This document shows positions 1-11,766 of a stretch of 64,000 bases of DNA, one piece after another. Each line of letters begins with the position of its first letter. The first letter of the stretch is position 1. The stretch is from Endomicrobiales bacterium. Lineage in GTDB: Bacteria > Elusimicrobiota > Endomicrobiia > Endomicrobiales > CAWCFT01. Under the pieces are notes generated by a model, which did no database searches, was not told the DNA's origin, and saw nothing but the letters and a program-made list of their open reading frames with translations. The DNA lies in the NCBI GenBank assembly GCA_963794945.1, contig CAWCFT010000001.1, positions 96,001-160,000 of the forward strand. Reading direction: 5' to 3'. A program made the position numbers and the translations under genes.

Positions 1-1118
1 TTGCTATCTTTTATGCAGTTTGAGATCTCTACTGCCGCCGTTATGCACATGCTGTCCGTTATGGTGGAAGCCCTTACGTCAAGAGTACCCCTGAACACGC
101 CAGGGAAACCAAGCGAATTGTTTACCTGGTTTGGAAAATCGCTTCTGCCTGTCGCTACGACCGCGGCTCCGGCCTCTATCGCTTCCCATGGCCATATCTC
201 GGGTGTGGGGTTCGCGCAGACGAACACTATCGCGCATTTCGCCATCTTTTTTATCCACTCTTTCTTTATGACTCCCGGCCCCGGGGTCGAAAGAGCTATC
301 ACGGCATCGGCGTTCTCGAGCGCTTCCTTAATGCCGCCTACAAGCCCGCCAGCGTTAGTCTCAAGGCACAACTGCCACTTCTGCGGGTGGGTCTCTTTAA
401 GCTCTTTTCTGCCCTTGTGCAGTGTGCCGTGCTTGTCAACCATTATTATCTTTCCGGGGTTTGCCCCATAAGTCATCAGGAGGCGGGCGATACAAATGTT
501 CGCGGCCCGGCTCCGACAAGCGTTATGTTTATCTTAGATATTTTTTTGTTTACGACTTTAAGCGCGTTTATCATTCCAGCTAGCGTCACCAGAGCTGTCC
601 CCTGCTGGTCGTCGTGCCAGACCGGTATTCGGCACTCTTTCCTAAGGGTGTCCAGTATCGGGAAGCATTTGGGCTGTTCTATGTCTTCTAGATTGATGCC
701 ACCGAACGAAGGCTGGAGGATCTTTACGGTATCGATTATCTTCTGCTGATCCTTTGTGTCCAAGCATATCGGGTATGCGTCAACACCGCCGAGGTATTTG
801 TAAAGCAGGGCCTTGCCTTCCATTACCGGCATGCCTGCTTCCGGCCCGATATCACCGAGGCCAAGCACCCTTGTACCGTCAGAAACCACTGCTACGCTGT
901 TCCACTTGTTCGTGAACTCGTAAGCGAGCTCTGGGTTTCTTTGTATATCCTCGCAAACGGCGGCTGACTCCCGGCGTGTACCATACGGCAAAATCGTTAA
1001 AGTCCCTGATGCGGCATTTCGGGATGACCTCGATCTTACCGCGGTAGAACGGATGAAGCTTGCGCGCTAAGGACGATGGTTTCTCGGCACTTCTGATGAG
1101 CTCTTTGACGCTTTTCAT
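1..1118 (-). CDS. NAD(P)-dependent malic enzyme (frameshifted, runs off the window start)
   Basis: Pieces 879-1118 and 476-991 carry [39 protein letters not shown] and HDDQQGTA. The gene continues to base 1 in another frame. Confidence 0.9.
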
Positions 1119-1260
1119 TGTTTTTTTCAGGCAGGAAAACCTGGATGGGATTCTTACCTATCTCTCTTTCGTTTTTATTTGAAGCAGTTATTGCCTCAGT
1201 AGTTTTTGTACTATACCATCTGTTAATCTGTAATTTGGGATCTGTAATATGTAATTACAG

Positions 1261-2313
1261 TTATACTACTGTCTCAGAAAATTCTTTTATATACTGTTCT
1301 ACTATAACTGGGTCGAACCTCGTGTGTTCGCCGAGCTTTAGCATCTGCTTAATTTTTTCATCGCTATAACCATTCATGCGCATCTCGTCCACTGCCTCAG
1401 CCACAGAGACTATCCTTGCGCCGAGCGGTATCTTCTCGCCGCTTAGGCCGTCCGGGTAGCCTGTGCCGTCGAAATTCTCGTGGTGGTGCCGTATTACAGG
1501 CACAGCGCCTTTTAGTAAATTTATGTTCCTGACCATCTCCGCGCCGGATTTCGGATGGCTGGTCTCGGCGTCGTTTGCCCTGCCGGTGGAAATGAACTCT
1601 TTGACATTGATAAAACCTATATCGTGGAGTAGAGCCCCGTAGTACAGACCCTTATATTCCTGGTCCTTAACTCCCATTCTCCTGCCGAGCGTCGTTGCGA
1701 GCTGGGCCACGTTCCACGAGTGCCCCGCAAGCTTTGGGTCGCGGGATTCAACTGCCACTATGAGTATTTCTATGCCGTTGACAAAAAAATTTCTCTGATC
1801 TTCAGACAGCCGAGCGTTATTTATGCTCACCGCGGCCAAAGAAGACAAGCTCTCAAGAATTATAGCGTCGTCTTCGTCAAACCCGCCGGCCTTTTTATTG
1901 AGTATCTCTACCACGCCCACAAGTTCGGATTCAACTATCATCGGCACACAGATCATGGACCTGGTAACAAAGCCGGAGGCCTTGTCCATCTCTTTATTGA
2001 AACGCGGGTCGCTTGCGGCATCGTTTGCGACTATCATCTTTTTGTTCTGCGCAACAAGCCCCGCTATCCCCTGCCCCATCTTTACCTTCATTTTCTGCAC
2101 AACGCCGCCCTTTTCTCCGGTCGCGACCTTGAAAGACAAGGATTGTTTGTCTTCGTCGAGAAGCATTATCGAAGAAGCCTCCGCGTTCAGCAGCTTCTCC
2201 GCGGCCATTCCCACGCGCTTAAGCAGCGCGTCTACATCCATAACCGAAGACAGGCTCTTCGCTATCTCGAATATTTCTCTCATCCCCTCAGTCGTACAAT
2301 TGTTTTTAGCCAT
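1261..2313 (-). CDS. GAF + HD-GYP domain protein (cyclic dinucleotide phosphodiesterase-like)
   Basis: N-terminal GAF (TRSMICVPM, ILNKK), then LLHDIG and HHENFDGTGYPDGL motifs. Confidence 0.88.
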   Translation of the reverse strand: MAKNNCTTEGMREIFEIAKSLSSVMDVDALLKRVGMAAEKLLNAEASSIMLLDEDKQSLSFKVATGEKGGVVQKMKVKMGQGIAGLVAQNKKMIVANDAASDPRFNKEMDKASGFVTRSMICVPMIVESELVGVVEILNKKAGGFDEDDAIILESLSSLAAVSINNARLSEDQRNFFVNGIEILIVAVESRDPKLAGHSWNVAQLATTLGRRMGVKDQEYKGLYYGALLHDIGFINVKEFISTGRANDAETSHPKSGAEMVRNINLLKGAVPVIRHHHENFDGTGYPDGLSGEKIPLGARIVSVAEAVDEMRMNGYSDEKIKQMLKLGEHTRFDPVIVEQYIKEFSETVV

Positions 2314-2378
2314 ATCATTTCCCCTTGCGACAACTACTTAAATGATCCTGATAGTTAATCTGTATTTTTTTATCGGCT

Positions 2379-4101
2379 TTATTGCGCCGTCGCCAGGACT
2401 TCTTCGAGGCTGCTACGGCCCTGTGTGACTTTTATAAGGCCGTCCTCGAGCAGCGTGCGCATCCCCTGCTCGCGCGCGAGATTCCTCACCGGCCCCGCGG
2501 CTATTTCTTTTAAAAGCAGCGCCCTCATCTGGTCCGTCATCATCAGAAGCTCGTGTATGCCGGCCCTGCCCTTGTACCCCGTCTTGTTGCAGTTATCGCA
2601 GCCGCGCCCCTTGAATATGGTAGCATTGGCGGTGTCTATATTGTGCTGCGCAAAAAATTTCTGATGTTCATCGGTAATCTCCACCCTCTCCTTGCATTCC
2701 GGACACACGCGCCTTACAAGCCTCTGGGCAAGTATGCACTCTATAGATGAAGCGATAAGGAAGCTGGGTATCCCCATTTCATGCAAGCGGGCCACGGCTG
2801 ACGGGGCGTCGTTCGTGTGGATTGTGGAGAACACAAGGTGGCCTGTCATAGCGGCTTCCATGGCTATCTGGGCGGTTTCCTTGTCTCGTATTTCTCCGAC
2901 CATTATAACGTCCGGGTCCTGCCTCAGGAACGCGCGAAGCGCCGACGAGAAATCGAAACCTATCTCTTGTACAACGTTGACCTGTATGATGCCGGAAAGG
3001 TTATATTCGACAGGGTTTTCGGCTGTGAGTATCTTAGTATCGGGAGAGTTTATCGAGTTAAGCGCGGCGTAAAGCGTGGTTGATTTTCCCGAGCCGGTCG
3101 GCCCGCAAACCAATATGAGGCCGTAAGGTTTTTGAAGCGATGCCTTGAATTTCTCAAGTGTGTCCGGCAGGAAGCCCAGCTTGTCCATATCTACTCTTAC
3201 GGAAGCGCGGTCGAGTACGCGCATGACGCACGCCTCACCGAACACCGTTGGCACGATGTTAACGCGGAACTCCACCGGGTTGCCTTTCGCCATTACCTGT
3301 ATACGCCCGTCCTGCGGCCTGCGGCGCTCGGTGATGTCCATCTGTTCCGTCATTATCTTGAGCTTCGCAATTAGAGCGTTTCTAAACGAGAAGGGCACCT
3401 GGAACGGCGCTTCCCTAAGCATGCCGTCTATGCGGTACCTGACAATAAGTTTGCTTTCAAAGGGTTCTATATGTATGTCCGAAGCTTTCTGCTGAAGGGC
3501 GCCTAGGATGATGGCGTTAACAAGCTTTTCGACTTCGGGAGCGGACGCGTCGACTTCGGTGACTTCGACTTTTACTTCCACTTTCTCCAGCTTCATATCT
3601 TCGCTGGCGGCCTTTAGCTATGCCGTCCATCATCTTTTCAACGGAGACGCTGTCTGCGAGGCCGTAGGCTTTGTCTAGAACTTTGTTGATGTCTTCGGGA
3701 AGGGTAAGGTAAGCCTGAACTTCGAAGTTGGTCCTGAGCTGTATATCTTCTATAACAAAAAAATCCCGTGGATCGGCCATAGCGACAAAGAGGACATTTT
3801 CTTCCTTAACGAAAGGCACTGCCCTGTGGCGCCTAGCGGCCGCTTCGGGGATGACTTTTGCGACTTCGGGGTCTATCTCTATTTCATCGAGGTTAACCGC
3901 TTTGACTCCCCATTCCTGGGAAAGCGTGCGCAGGAGGTCAACCCGGCTCATCATGTTGAGCCGGACAACGACAGACTGCAGAGGTTCAGATGTTTTTTTG
4001 CTTTCTTCCTGGGCTTGCTCAAGCTGCTGATCAGTAAGCAGTTTGTTATCGGTGAGTATTTCTTTGACCGTTTTTCTTCTGACGGGGCTTTTGGAAGCCA
4101 T
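2379..4101 (-). CDS. pilB: Type IV pilus assembly / T2SS ATPase PilB/GspE (frameshift near 3600)
   Basis: MshEN-like N-terminus in ORF 3517-4101. ORF 2379-3596 has ASDIHIEP, Walker A GPTGSGKST, LRQDPDVIMVGEIRD and a tetracysteine motif. Confidence 0.85.
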
Positions 4102-4619
4102 TTAATTTCCTTTTGATCCCGTATTCCTGTCGAATCTTGAAGTAACATGATTATACATGTTTTAATCCATTTTTTCAAGCAAAATTACGTTTAAAGGTTC
4201 GATGTTCAACATCACTGGTTCAAGGATCAAAGGCTCAAAGTTCAATCAAATACGAATTGTATTTTTTTATAGGTTTAGTTGACTTTAGACAGGGCCTGCA
4301 AATCTCTGCTAATTTGCAGGCTCTGTATCCAGCGAAGAGAGGGATCAATTTAATAAAAAGTGTTTTGAGCCCGACTTTTGCTTTCTGGAGGGCTCAAAGC
4401 CAAGGGAGGCTGCAATGCCGACCGTCTTTTTATAAATTGATCCCGAGCGCCCCCCAGTTGACAGAATAGATTCTTTTATTCTATAATCTGTGCTCCACGC
4501 GTACAACCGCTGACCCGACCTTCAATCAAACAGCGTTTTACCGCAGGTCTATAAAGCACAATGGTGTGCACGGGTTTTGTCAAAACGCAGCGTGGTAATA
4601 TACTATAAGGAGACTTCAG

Positions 4620-7064
4620 ATGGAATCAAGACATGGTTTTATCACGAAAACCGCTTTAAGATTTATGTCCGGCGCGGCCGTCGTGCTGTCAGCCGTAGTG
4701 TCCGCGTTCGCGGGCGAGTCAGACCTCATCCTCCCGGACTTAAGATCGGTCCAGTTTCTCGGAGTTGACGGGCACACACTGCTTCTTTACGGGATCATCA
4801 TCTGCGTGTTCGGGCTTGTTTTCGGGCTCGTGCAGTTCATGCGCACTAAGAACCTTCCCGTTCACAAATCAATGAAAGAGATTTCAGAGCTCATATATGA
4901 GACCTGCAAAACCTATCTTATTACCCAGGGCAAATTCATTCTTCTTCTTGAAGCGATGCTCGCGGTTATAATCGTGGTTTACTTCGGCGGCCTACGTCAC
5001 TTCGAAACATATAAGGTTGTAACAATCATAATCTGCAGCCTTATAGGTATCGGCGGCAGCTACCTTGTTGCCTGGTTCGGTATGAGAATCAACACTTACG
5101 CCAACTCACGCTCAGCATTCGCAAGCCTTAGCGGCAAACCGTTCCCGACATACGCGATACCAGCCCGTTCGGGTATAAGTATCGGAATGCTCCTCATCAG
5201 CATTGAGCTCCTTGTCATGCTTAGCATACTCCTTTTTATCAGCCGCGACCTAGCGGGCTCTTGCTTCATAGGTTTCGCCATCGGCGAATCGCTCGGCGCA
5301 TCTGTTCTTAGGATAGCCGGCGGAATCTTCACAAAGATAGCTGATATCGGTTCCGACCTGATGAAGATAGTTTTCAACATTAAAGAAGACGATGCCCGTA
5401 ACCCCGGCGTAATAGCGGACTGTACCGGCGACAACGCCGGCGACTCGGTCGGCCCCACGGCTGACGGCTTCGAAACCTATGGCGTAACCGGCGTTGCCCT
5501 TATATCATTCATCCTTCTCGCGATAAAAGACCCCATCCTGCAGGTCAAGCTGCTTGTATGGCTCTTCGTGATGCGCCTTGCCATGCTTCTCGCGAGCGCG
5601 GCTTCATACGGTATCAATTCGCTCATAGCGAAAGCGATGTACGCGAACAAAGATAAAATGGACTTTGAAGCCCCTCTTACTTCACTCGTCTGGATTACAT
5701 CCTTCGTTTCTATAGCTATGACGTACGTAATATCGTTCTTCATCATAAGCGACATAGGGGACGGCTCGATCTGGTGGAAGCTTTCCACCATCATCTCCTG
5801 CGGAACCATAGCGGGCGCCGTTATACCTGAGATAGTAAAGATATTCACCTCCACAAACAGCGCTTTTGTAAAGAACGTTGTAAGCTCGTCGCGTGAAGGC
5901 GGAGCGTCGCTCAACATTCTCGCGGGACTTACCGCTGGTAACTTCAGCGCCTACTGGATGGGTTTCTGCATACTATCCCTTATGGCGATAGCCTACGGCA
6001 TAAGCACACTCGGCCTCGGAGCTTTGATGCTCGCGGCCCCGGTATTCGCGTTCGGCCTTGTGGCGTTTGGATTCCTCGGCATGGGACCCGTGACAATAGC
6101 CGTTGACTCTTACGGCCCGGTAACGGACAATGCCCAGTCGGTTTATGAGCTTTCTCTTATAGAAACAATACCCGGCATCAAAGAAGAAATAAAGAAGGAT
6201 TTCGGCTTTGACCCTAACTTCGACGTAGCAAAGCATAACCTTGAAGCCAACGACGGCGCTGGCAACACCTTTAAGGCGACCGCCAAACCGGTGCTTATCG
6301 GCACGGCTGTTGTCGGAGCGACAACGATGATATTCTCCATCATTGTGATGCTCACTCAGGGTCTGGTGGTCAACATTGACAAACTCTCTATACTTTACCC
6401 CCCGTTCCTGCTCGGCCTTATCGCCGGTGGCGCGGTCATCTACTGGTTCACAGGCGCGGCAAACCACGCGGTGACCAGCGGAGCCTACAAAGCGGTAGAG
6501 TACATCAAAGAGCACATGAAACTGGACGGAAGCGCCACAAAAGCCTCCACTGAAGATTCTAAGAAAGTTGTCGAGATCTGCACGCAGTACGCGCAGAAGG
6601 GAATGTTGAACCTTTTCCTTGTTATATTCCTGAGCACGCTCGCATTCGCATGCCTCGAACCTTTCTTCTTCATCGGCTACCTTATCTCCATAGCGCTCTT
6701 CGGACTCTTCCAGGCAATATTCATGGCTAATGCCGGCGCAGCCTGGGATAACGCGAAAAAAGTCGTTGAAGTAGATCTTAGAGAAAAAGGCACCGAGCTC
6801 CACAAAGCAACCGTTGTCGGCGATACGGTCGGCGACCCGTTCAAGGACACCTCTTCGGTTGCCATGAACCCGACCATCAAGTTTACGACGCTTTTTGGGC
6901 TTCTCGCCCTTGAGCTCGCCATCGGACTTTCGAGGCCGGTAAGCCTCGCGGCTCGCGGCAATATTCTTCGCCGCTTCGCTGGTGTTCGTGGTCAGAAGCT
7001 TCACACAGATGCGCATCAAGGGAATTGGCGACAAATAAATATTCGAGCCATAATATATAAATAA
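4620..7064 (+). CDS. hppA: Membrane-bound ion-translocating pyrophosphatase, K+-independent signature (probable frameshift near 6955)
   Basis: GGIFTKIADIGSDL, DNAGDSVG, DSYGPVTDNA, GNTFKA and GDTVGDPFKDTS motifs, with many TM segments. Confidence 0.93.
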   Translation: MESRHGFITKTALRFMSGAAVVLSAVVSAFAGESDLILPDLRSVQFLGVDGHTLLLYGIIICVFGLVFGLVQFMRTKNLPVHKSMKEISELIYETCKTYLITQGKFILLLEAMLAVIIVVYFGGLRHFETYKVVTIIICSLIGIGGSYLVAWFGMRINTYANSRSAFASLSGKPFPTYAIPARSGISIGMLLISIELLVMLSILLFISRDLAGSCFIGFAIGESLGASVLRIAGGIFTKIADIGSDLMKIVFNIKEDDARNPGVIADCTGDNAGDSVGPTADGFETYGVTGVALISFILLAIKDPILQVKLLVWLFVMRLAMLLASAASYGINSLIAKAMYANKDKMDFEAPLTSLVWITSFVSIAMTYVISFFIISDIGDGSIWWKLSTIISCGTIAGAVIPEIVKIFTSTNSAFVKNVVSSSREGGASLNILAGLTAGNFSAYWMGFCILSLMAIAYGISTLGLGALMLAAPVFAFGLVAFGFLGMGPVTIAVDSYGPVTDNAQSVYELSLIETIPGIKEEIKKDFGFDPNFDVAKHNLEANDGAGNTFKATAKPVLIGTAVVGATTMIFSIIVMLTQGLVVNIDKLSILYPPFLLGLIAGGAVIYWFTGAANHAVTSGAYKAVEYIKEHMKLDGSATKASTEDSKKVVEICTQYAQKGMLNLFLVIFLSTLAFACLEPFFFIGYLISIALFGLFQAIFMANAGAAWDNAKKVVEVDLREKGTELHKATVVGDTVGDPFKDTSSVAMNPTIKFTTLFGLLALELAIGLSRPVSLAARGNILRRFAGVRGQKLHTDAHQGNWRQINIRAIIYK

Positions 7065-7065
7065 C

Positions 7066-7106
7066 AAAGAAGAAAGGCGGATATACGTTATCCGCCTTTC
7101 TTCTTT
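7066..7106. terminator. Palindrome / intrinsic terminator, AAAGRCRGATA family
   Basis: AAAGAAGAAAGGCGGATA-tacgt-TATCCGCCTTTCTTCTTT directly after hppA. Confidence 0.8.
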
Positions 7107-7203
7107 TTATGCCCATAAGCCGCCCGTAAACCTGTGGACTAAAGTCAGGGAAACGCGGAAACTCCCTATTGGATGGAAATATTATTTTTCATATTATCAG
7201 GTT

Positions 7204-7302
7204 ATGAAAACAACTTTGAAGATTTTATTAGCTTTCGCGCTTTGCGCTGAAACAGTGGCATTGGTCATAATGTTCACTCAATACCTGTCAACGGCAGGAT
7301 AA
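7204..7302 (+). CDS. 32-aa hydrophobic small protein MKTTLKILLAFALCAETVALVIMFTQYLSTAG
   Basis: Read by hand. Paralogous to the ORF at 7400. Confidence 0.5.
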   Translation: MKTTLKILLAFALCAETVALVIMFTQYLSTAG

Positions 7303-7399
7303 CCTGCCTTCAAGTACACACAGCCTACCACGATAAAAGTCGGTTTAAAGCCGAAAATACCGATTGCGAGCGGCAGTGCAAATGATGTATCGTTAAGGT

Positions 7400-7513
7400 A
7401 TGAAAACTGCCTTAAAAATACTATTAGCATGCATGTTGTGCGTTGTTACGGTCACTGTGATCGTTCTATTCGTGCAGTATATTTCAAGAAAGGGGTTAAA
7501 TCATGAAACTTAA
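7400..7513 (+). CDS. 37-aa hydrophobic small protein MKTALKILLACMLCVVTVTVIVLFVQYISRKGLNHET
   Basis: Read by hand. Paralogous to the ORF at 7204, and overlaps the start of the next gene. Confidence 0.5.
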   Translation: MKTALKILLACMLCVVTVTVIVLFVQYISRKGLNHET

Positions 7514-7742
7514 CATGAGTGTTTTAGACAGGTTTATCCGCGTGCTGATCGTTGCTTTAATAGTCGTTCTCTATTTTACCCATATTATAAGCGGCACGGT
7601 GGCCCTTATACTCGGTATAATAGCCGTTCTCCTTCTTTTAACAAGCATAATAGGTTGGTGCGCTATATACGCTCTGCTCGGCATTTCCACTAAAACCGAG
7701 CCCGGCGGCGTGCAAAATAAACAGGAAGGGGCCGGAGCATAA
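7503..7742 (+). CDS. DUF2892 (YgaP-like) membrane protein
   Basis: NMSVLDRFIR and GWCAIYALLGIST signature. Confidence 0.85.
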   Translation: MKLNMSVLDRFIRVLIVALIVVLYFTHIISGTVALILGIIAVLLLLTSIIGWCAIYALLGISTKTEPGGVQNKQEGAGA

Positions 7743-7828
7743 GTAACTCCGGCCGGGGGTTAAAAAAGAAAAAAGACAGAAGACCATTTCTGCCTTTTTT
7801 CTTTTTACTTCCCCCATCCCTTGTATAT

Positions 7829-8245
7829 TTAAGAGAGTTGTGATACCTTTTCCAATACCTCGCACGCCTTTTCCTTATTGCCGTGAAGCATGAGGTCGCT
7901 TAGAGAGACTATACCCACCAGCTGATAGTCCAGACTTAGCACGGGCATGCGTCTTACTTTCAAATTTTCCATGCGCTCTGCGGCTTCTTCCACAAAATCG
8001 TCCTCAAAACATGTCTCAACGTTGACTGTCATGAAGTCGCCGGCCCTCGCCGTGTTCGGGTCGCTGCCTTTGGCTAAGGCCCTCACGACAATATCACGGT
8101 CAGTCAAAAGCCCGATAAGCTTATCCTCATTTATGACTGGCAGCACGCCGATATTGAAGTCCCTCATCAAAAGTGCCGCCTCTTTTATTGTAGTATCACG
8201 GTTTATAGTTTGTATTTTGTGCGTCATAATGTTCCTTATCTTCAT
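7829..8245 (-). CDS. CBS domain protein
   Basis: Tandem CBS repeats (IGVLPV, GLLTDRDIV, VRRMPV, GIVSLSD). Confidence 0.9.
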   Translation of the reverse strand: MKIRNIMTHKIQTINRDTTIKEAALLMRDFNIGVLPVINEDKLIGLLTDRDIVVRALAKGSDPNTARAGDFMTVNVETCFEDDFVEEAAERMENLKVRRMPVLSLDYQLVGIVSLSDLMLHGNKEKACEVLEKVSQLS

Positions 8246-8305
8246 ACCTTCCTCCTGCACATCTGCAAAAAGCCGTTGATTCGAACTTATGCCCTGCCGC
8301 CTAAT

Positions 8306-8747
8306 TTAGACTTTCGCGTGTTCAAGCAGTTTTGCCTCAAGCTCAATGCTCGGCACGCTCGCCAATGCGATCGATATCGGGCAGCCTCCCTTGGCGGTAA
8401 GAGCGTGTTTCTGAAATTCCTCGTCACTTATACCCGGAACGTTTGCTTCAGTAACCAGTTTTATATTGCTTATCGCGTATCCTTCGCCTATCTTATCAAG
8501 TCCCACTTCGGCGGTCGTGGTTATCTTTTCCGGAGGATAGCCAGCCTTGCCAAGTATCATAGATAATGCCATCGAAAAACATCCGGCATGCGCAGCGTAC
8601 CAGTTCTTCAGGGTTAGTTCCGTGCCCGTTCTCGAATCTGGACACGAACGAATAATCCATCTTGGTATCACCGCTGCCTAACTCCATGACACCCTTGCCA
8701 GCTTTTATGGGCCCTGTCCAAATGGCCTTGCTTTTTCTGATGATCAT
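8306..8747 (-). CDS. osmC: OsmC family peroxiredoxin (frameshifted)
   Basis: SRFENGHGTNPEEL in one frame, AAHAGCFSMALS and GCPISIAL in the other. Confidence 0.88.
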
Positions 8748-8907
8748 ACCCGCCTCCAGAATATACTCCTTAAACAATTCAAATATATATGCCCCTTTAA
8801 CCAGCATTCTATCACTTCACACGCGGATTTATGATTATTCAATTCGCAATTTTATTGACTTTTTTCGCGCTCGGTATATAACCTCGCTTAGGTTCTCTCT
8901 TTTCGAG

Positions 8908-9455
8908 TTATTTATAATAATATCTTATCCCTACAGAAGGCAGCCATCCCGCCATATTACCGAATTGAGAATTCAAACTACTGTACCCAAGCCCGGCTTC
9001 AGTTCCAACGCTCAGATCAGGAAGCCCTTGAAAGAAGAATTCAACTCCGAGGCCAACGGCCAGATATGTGTTCGTCCCGCTTGTCCCTGTGTTGGAATAC
9101 GGTTCGATGCCCAGCATGCCAAAACAGTACGCCTTTAGATGCTGTTCCTTTTTGAGCAGGTAAAGTATCTTGCCGCCAATGTCGGTCGTTGTTCTGGTTG
9201 TTATCTTTATTGAAACCAATAAGGCCTTCCGCACCGATTTTCCCGGGCCCCCAATAGCGGTAAGTTAGGAAATTCACTCCGCCGTTAATCTGAACGCTCA
9301 TGCCAAGTGCGTCTCTTCCATCTTCGCTGGCACTCTGCGATGACTGTTCAGTTCCGGACTCAATACTGTCGGACCGTTGTCTCGCTGTAACCCTTGCGAA
9401 CGAAGCGCAGGCGCATATAGAAAGCGCACAAAATGTCAGAATAAAACGTTTCCTA
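8908..9455 (-). CDS. Putative outer-membrane beta-barrel protein (frameshifted, start uncertain)
   Basis: Signal-peptide-like start, amphipathic beta strands and C-terminal SVGIRYYY, split across ORFs 9041-9301 and 8908-9234. Confidence 0.5.
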
Positions 9456-9604
9456 TCTCCTCCAATATTAAAATTTATGCTGAAATACTAACATTTTGCC
9501 TACCCGGACCGCAATGACCTGTTTCTTGTTTTTACCGACTATTTTCGCCCAAAAAGAAAAAAGGCAGATAAATTCTGTTTGCCTTTTTTTACATATATTT
9601 CACT

Positions 9605-10876
9605 CTATTGATACTTGTTTATCGCGAACTTGTCGATCATGGTGCCGTCCTGTTTCCATGCGGTGATCGTCAGCATGTAGGAATTGGCCTCTACCGTTTC
9701 ATAGCACGGCTGGTCTTTCGGGTTGTACGAGAACGCGTCCCAATCGGTAGGTTTTACGTCATTGTAATATTTCGCCCCGCTGCGGCCCGTTGTGTAATAA
9801 ATAGTCCCGTCGCGCGGCTTTTTCTGTATCTTATCGCCTTTTATCGGATATGTGCGGTAAATAGCGTGTTCATGGCCGTTGAAAACAACATCGACATGAT
9901 ATTTGTCAAAAACCGGGCAGAATGCGGCTTTGACGGCCGGGTTGGGCCTTCCCAATTTGTTGTTGTACGGAGGTTTATGGAAAAGCACTATCTTCCATAC
10001 CTTGTTAGTGGATCCCAGGTCGCGTTTCAGCCATTTGCACTGGGCCTTCAGTATATCGCCGTATTTTGGCGCCTCTTCATCTTCCTGAGAATCAAGTATT
10101 GCGAAATGCGCGCAGCCGTAGTCAAAGGAATAAACCTGGCCCTTCAAAGAATCAGGGCCATTCAAAGGAAGTTTGAACTGCGCCAGATAGTAAGCCGGCC
10201 TGGAATCATCTTTTACCTTATAGTCGCAGTACATTTCATGGTTCCCAAGCACGGGCATGGCCGGTATGGTATCGATAACACCCCAGGCAGATTCAAACCA
10301 GCTTTTCCAATGGGCATAACTCTGCCCTATCTCCACAAGGTCGCCGACATTCATAAAAAATTTGGCGTCCGGATTTTGGGTGAAAGCCTGGTGAATGGTC
10401 TTGTCCCACGGCTGATAGATGAGTTTGTCCTTATCGCCGCTTTGGCTGTCGCCGAATACTATAAATTTGAATTCAAATACCTTATTGCCCTCGGTTGTAA
10501 ATGTGTGGGACTCGCCTGTAAGGCCTCCCGATGCCAGGGAATATATGTATTTTGTCCCGGGTTTGAGGCCTTTCAGTGTAACGCTGAAAATATTGCTGTC
10601 GGCAGGGTCACCGCCTGAGACCTTGGGAAGTTTCTCGCTATGCACGATTTTTTCTTTAGCAGCGCCTGACGAGCCCGCGGGTTTGTATATTATTTTGGCC
10701 TCGGACACCGAAGTATTGTCTTTCCACGAGATAGTCTGCGTCGTCTTTGGGTCATCCGACCACGTCAGTGTGATTTCTCTGCAGCCCGCCATGGCCGCAG
10801 ACAGCTCTCCTGCCGGAAAGACCGCGATGGCAAAAACTACCGCCAGGATCTTCAATATCGATCTTAGGTTCTTCAT
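9605..10876 (-). CDS. Secreted purple-acid-phosphatase-like metallophosphoesterase with FN3-like N-domain
   Basis: Signal peptide, then FGDSQ, GDLV, GNHE, FHKP and GHEH motifs. Confidence 0.88.
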   Translation of the reverse strand: MKNLRSILKILAVVFAIAVFPAGELSAAMAGCREITLTWSDDPKTTQTISWKDNTSVSEAKIIYKPAGSSGAAKEKIVHSEKLPKVSGGDPADSNIFSVTLKGLKPGTKYIYSLASGGLTGESHTFTTEGNKVFEFKFIVFGDSQSGDKDKLIYQPWDKTIHQAFTQNPDAKFFMNVGDLVEIGQSYAHWKSWFESAWGVIDTIPAMPVLGNHEMYCDYKVKDDSRPAYYLAQFKLPLNGPDSLKGQVYSFDYGCAHFAILDSQEDEEAPKYGDILKAQCKWLKRDLGSTNKVWKIVLFHKPPYNNKLGRPNPAVKAAFCPVFDKYHVDVVFNGHEHAIYRTYPIKGDKIQKKPRDGTIYYTTGRSGAKYYNDVKPTDWDAFSYNPKDQPCYETVEANSYMLTITAWKQDGTMIDKFAINKYQ

Positions 10877-11122
10877 ATGGTTCTGCCTGTTTAAATATTA
10901 TATAAAATTGATTGTTAAGAATGTATTAATAAATGTGTTGTTTTGTATTAACAGGAACCTTAACTGCCGGAGCTGCCGGTCTTAACGCAATGAGCCGAAC
11001 AAACCGGCCGCTGATAGATCCGCAAATGTAAAAATACTCAAACTAAACATCCGAAATAAAAATGGCCGATATATTCTATCCGCCATTTTAGATTCAGCCG
11101 ACTTGTTACGTCGTTCGCACTT

Positions 11123-11723
11123 TCACTTCCACTTCAAAACGAACAAACATCTCTTATTCCCTCGGAATATACATTCAAGTGTGCACACAAGTGACTTCTT
11201 TACCTCCGGACTTCTCAATGGCGCCCTGCATCCAGCCAACGCTCCCGTTGCATATAACCTCGCCGTAGTTATCATGGCCCTTCAGCAAAATTGACACGCT
11301 CCCGTTTGTGTCTTCAACCAATGACAATTCGCCCTGAGTGAAAAAGAATTTCCAAATCTGCGGAAAACGCTGGGCGATGAAGTGCTGAGAGCCTATTTTC
11401 ATGAATATCGACATCGCCGTGTTAAGGTTTGTGTGCGATACAAGCCTCATCGCTTCTGTGATCTTTGGAGTATTGCCTTTAGGCAGCACGCTTGTTATTG
11501 CGTATTCAAACTCTTTAAGAAAATCCGATGAAAAATAAGATATCCCTAGAGTTGACCCACTGACGATCTTCTCATTTTCGGGTTTCATTTTAGAAATGAT
11601 TTTGTGGAAGCTCTCATCACCGTATGTTTTTATAAGATAATCTTTCAGCCCGCCTACTATTGTACCGCGTATCTTCGCTTCTTGTATGTTATCATCCATG
11701 ATTAGTGATACCTCTCTTTTCAT
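11123..11723 (-). CDS. Hypothetical V4R/DUF2378-like protein (frameshift near 11175)
   Basis: GWMQGAIEKSGGK-V-C-H, continuing as C..RG..RC.F...W in a shifted frame. Confidence 0.5.
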
Positions 11724-11766
11724 TAGCCTCGACGTTAGCGGGAGAACACCTTGTTCTATGTCTTAT

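Noticed and set aside
4260..4600. Riboswitch upstream of hppA
   Set aside because: Hairpins are present, but I recognise no aptamer consensus. An Rfam scan is needed.
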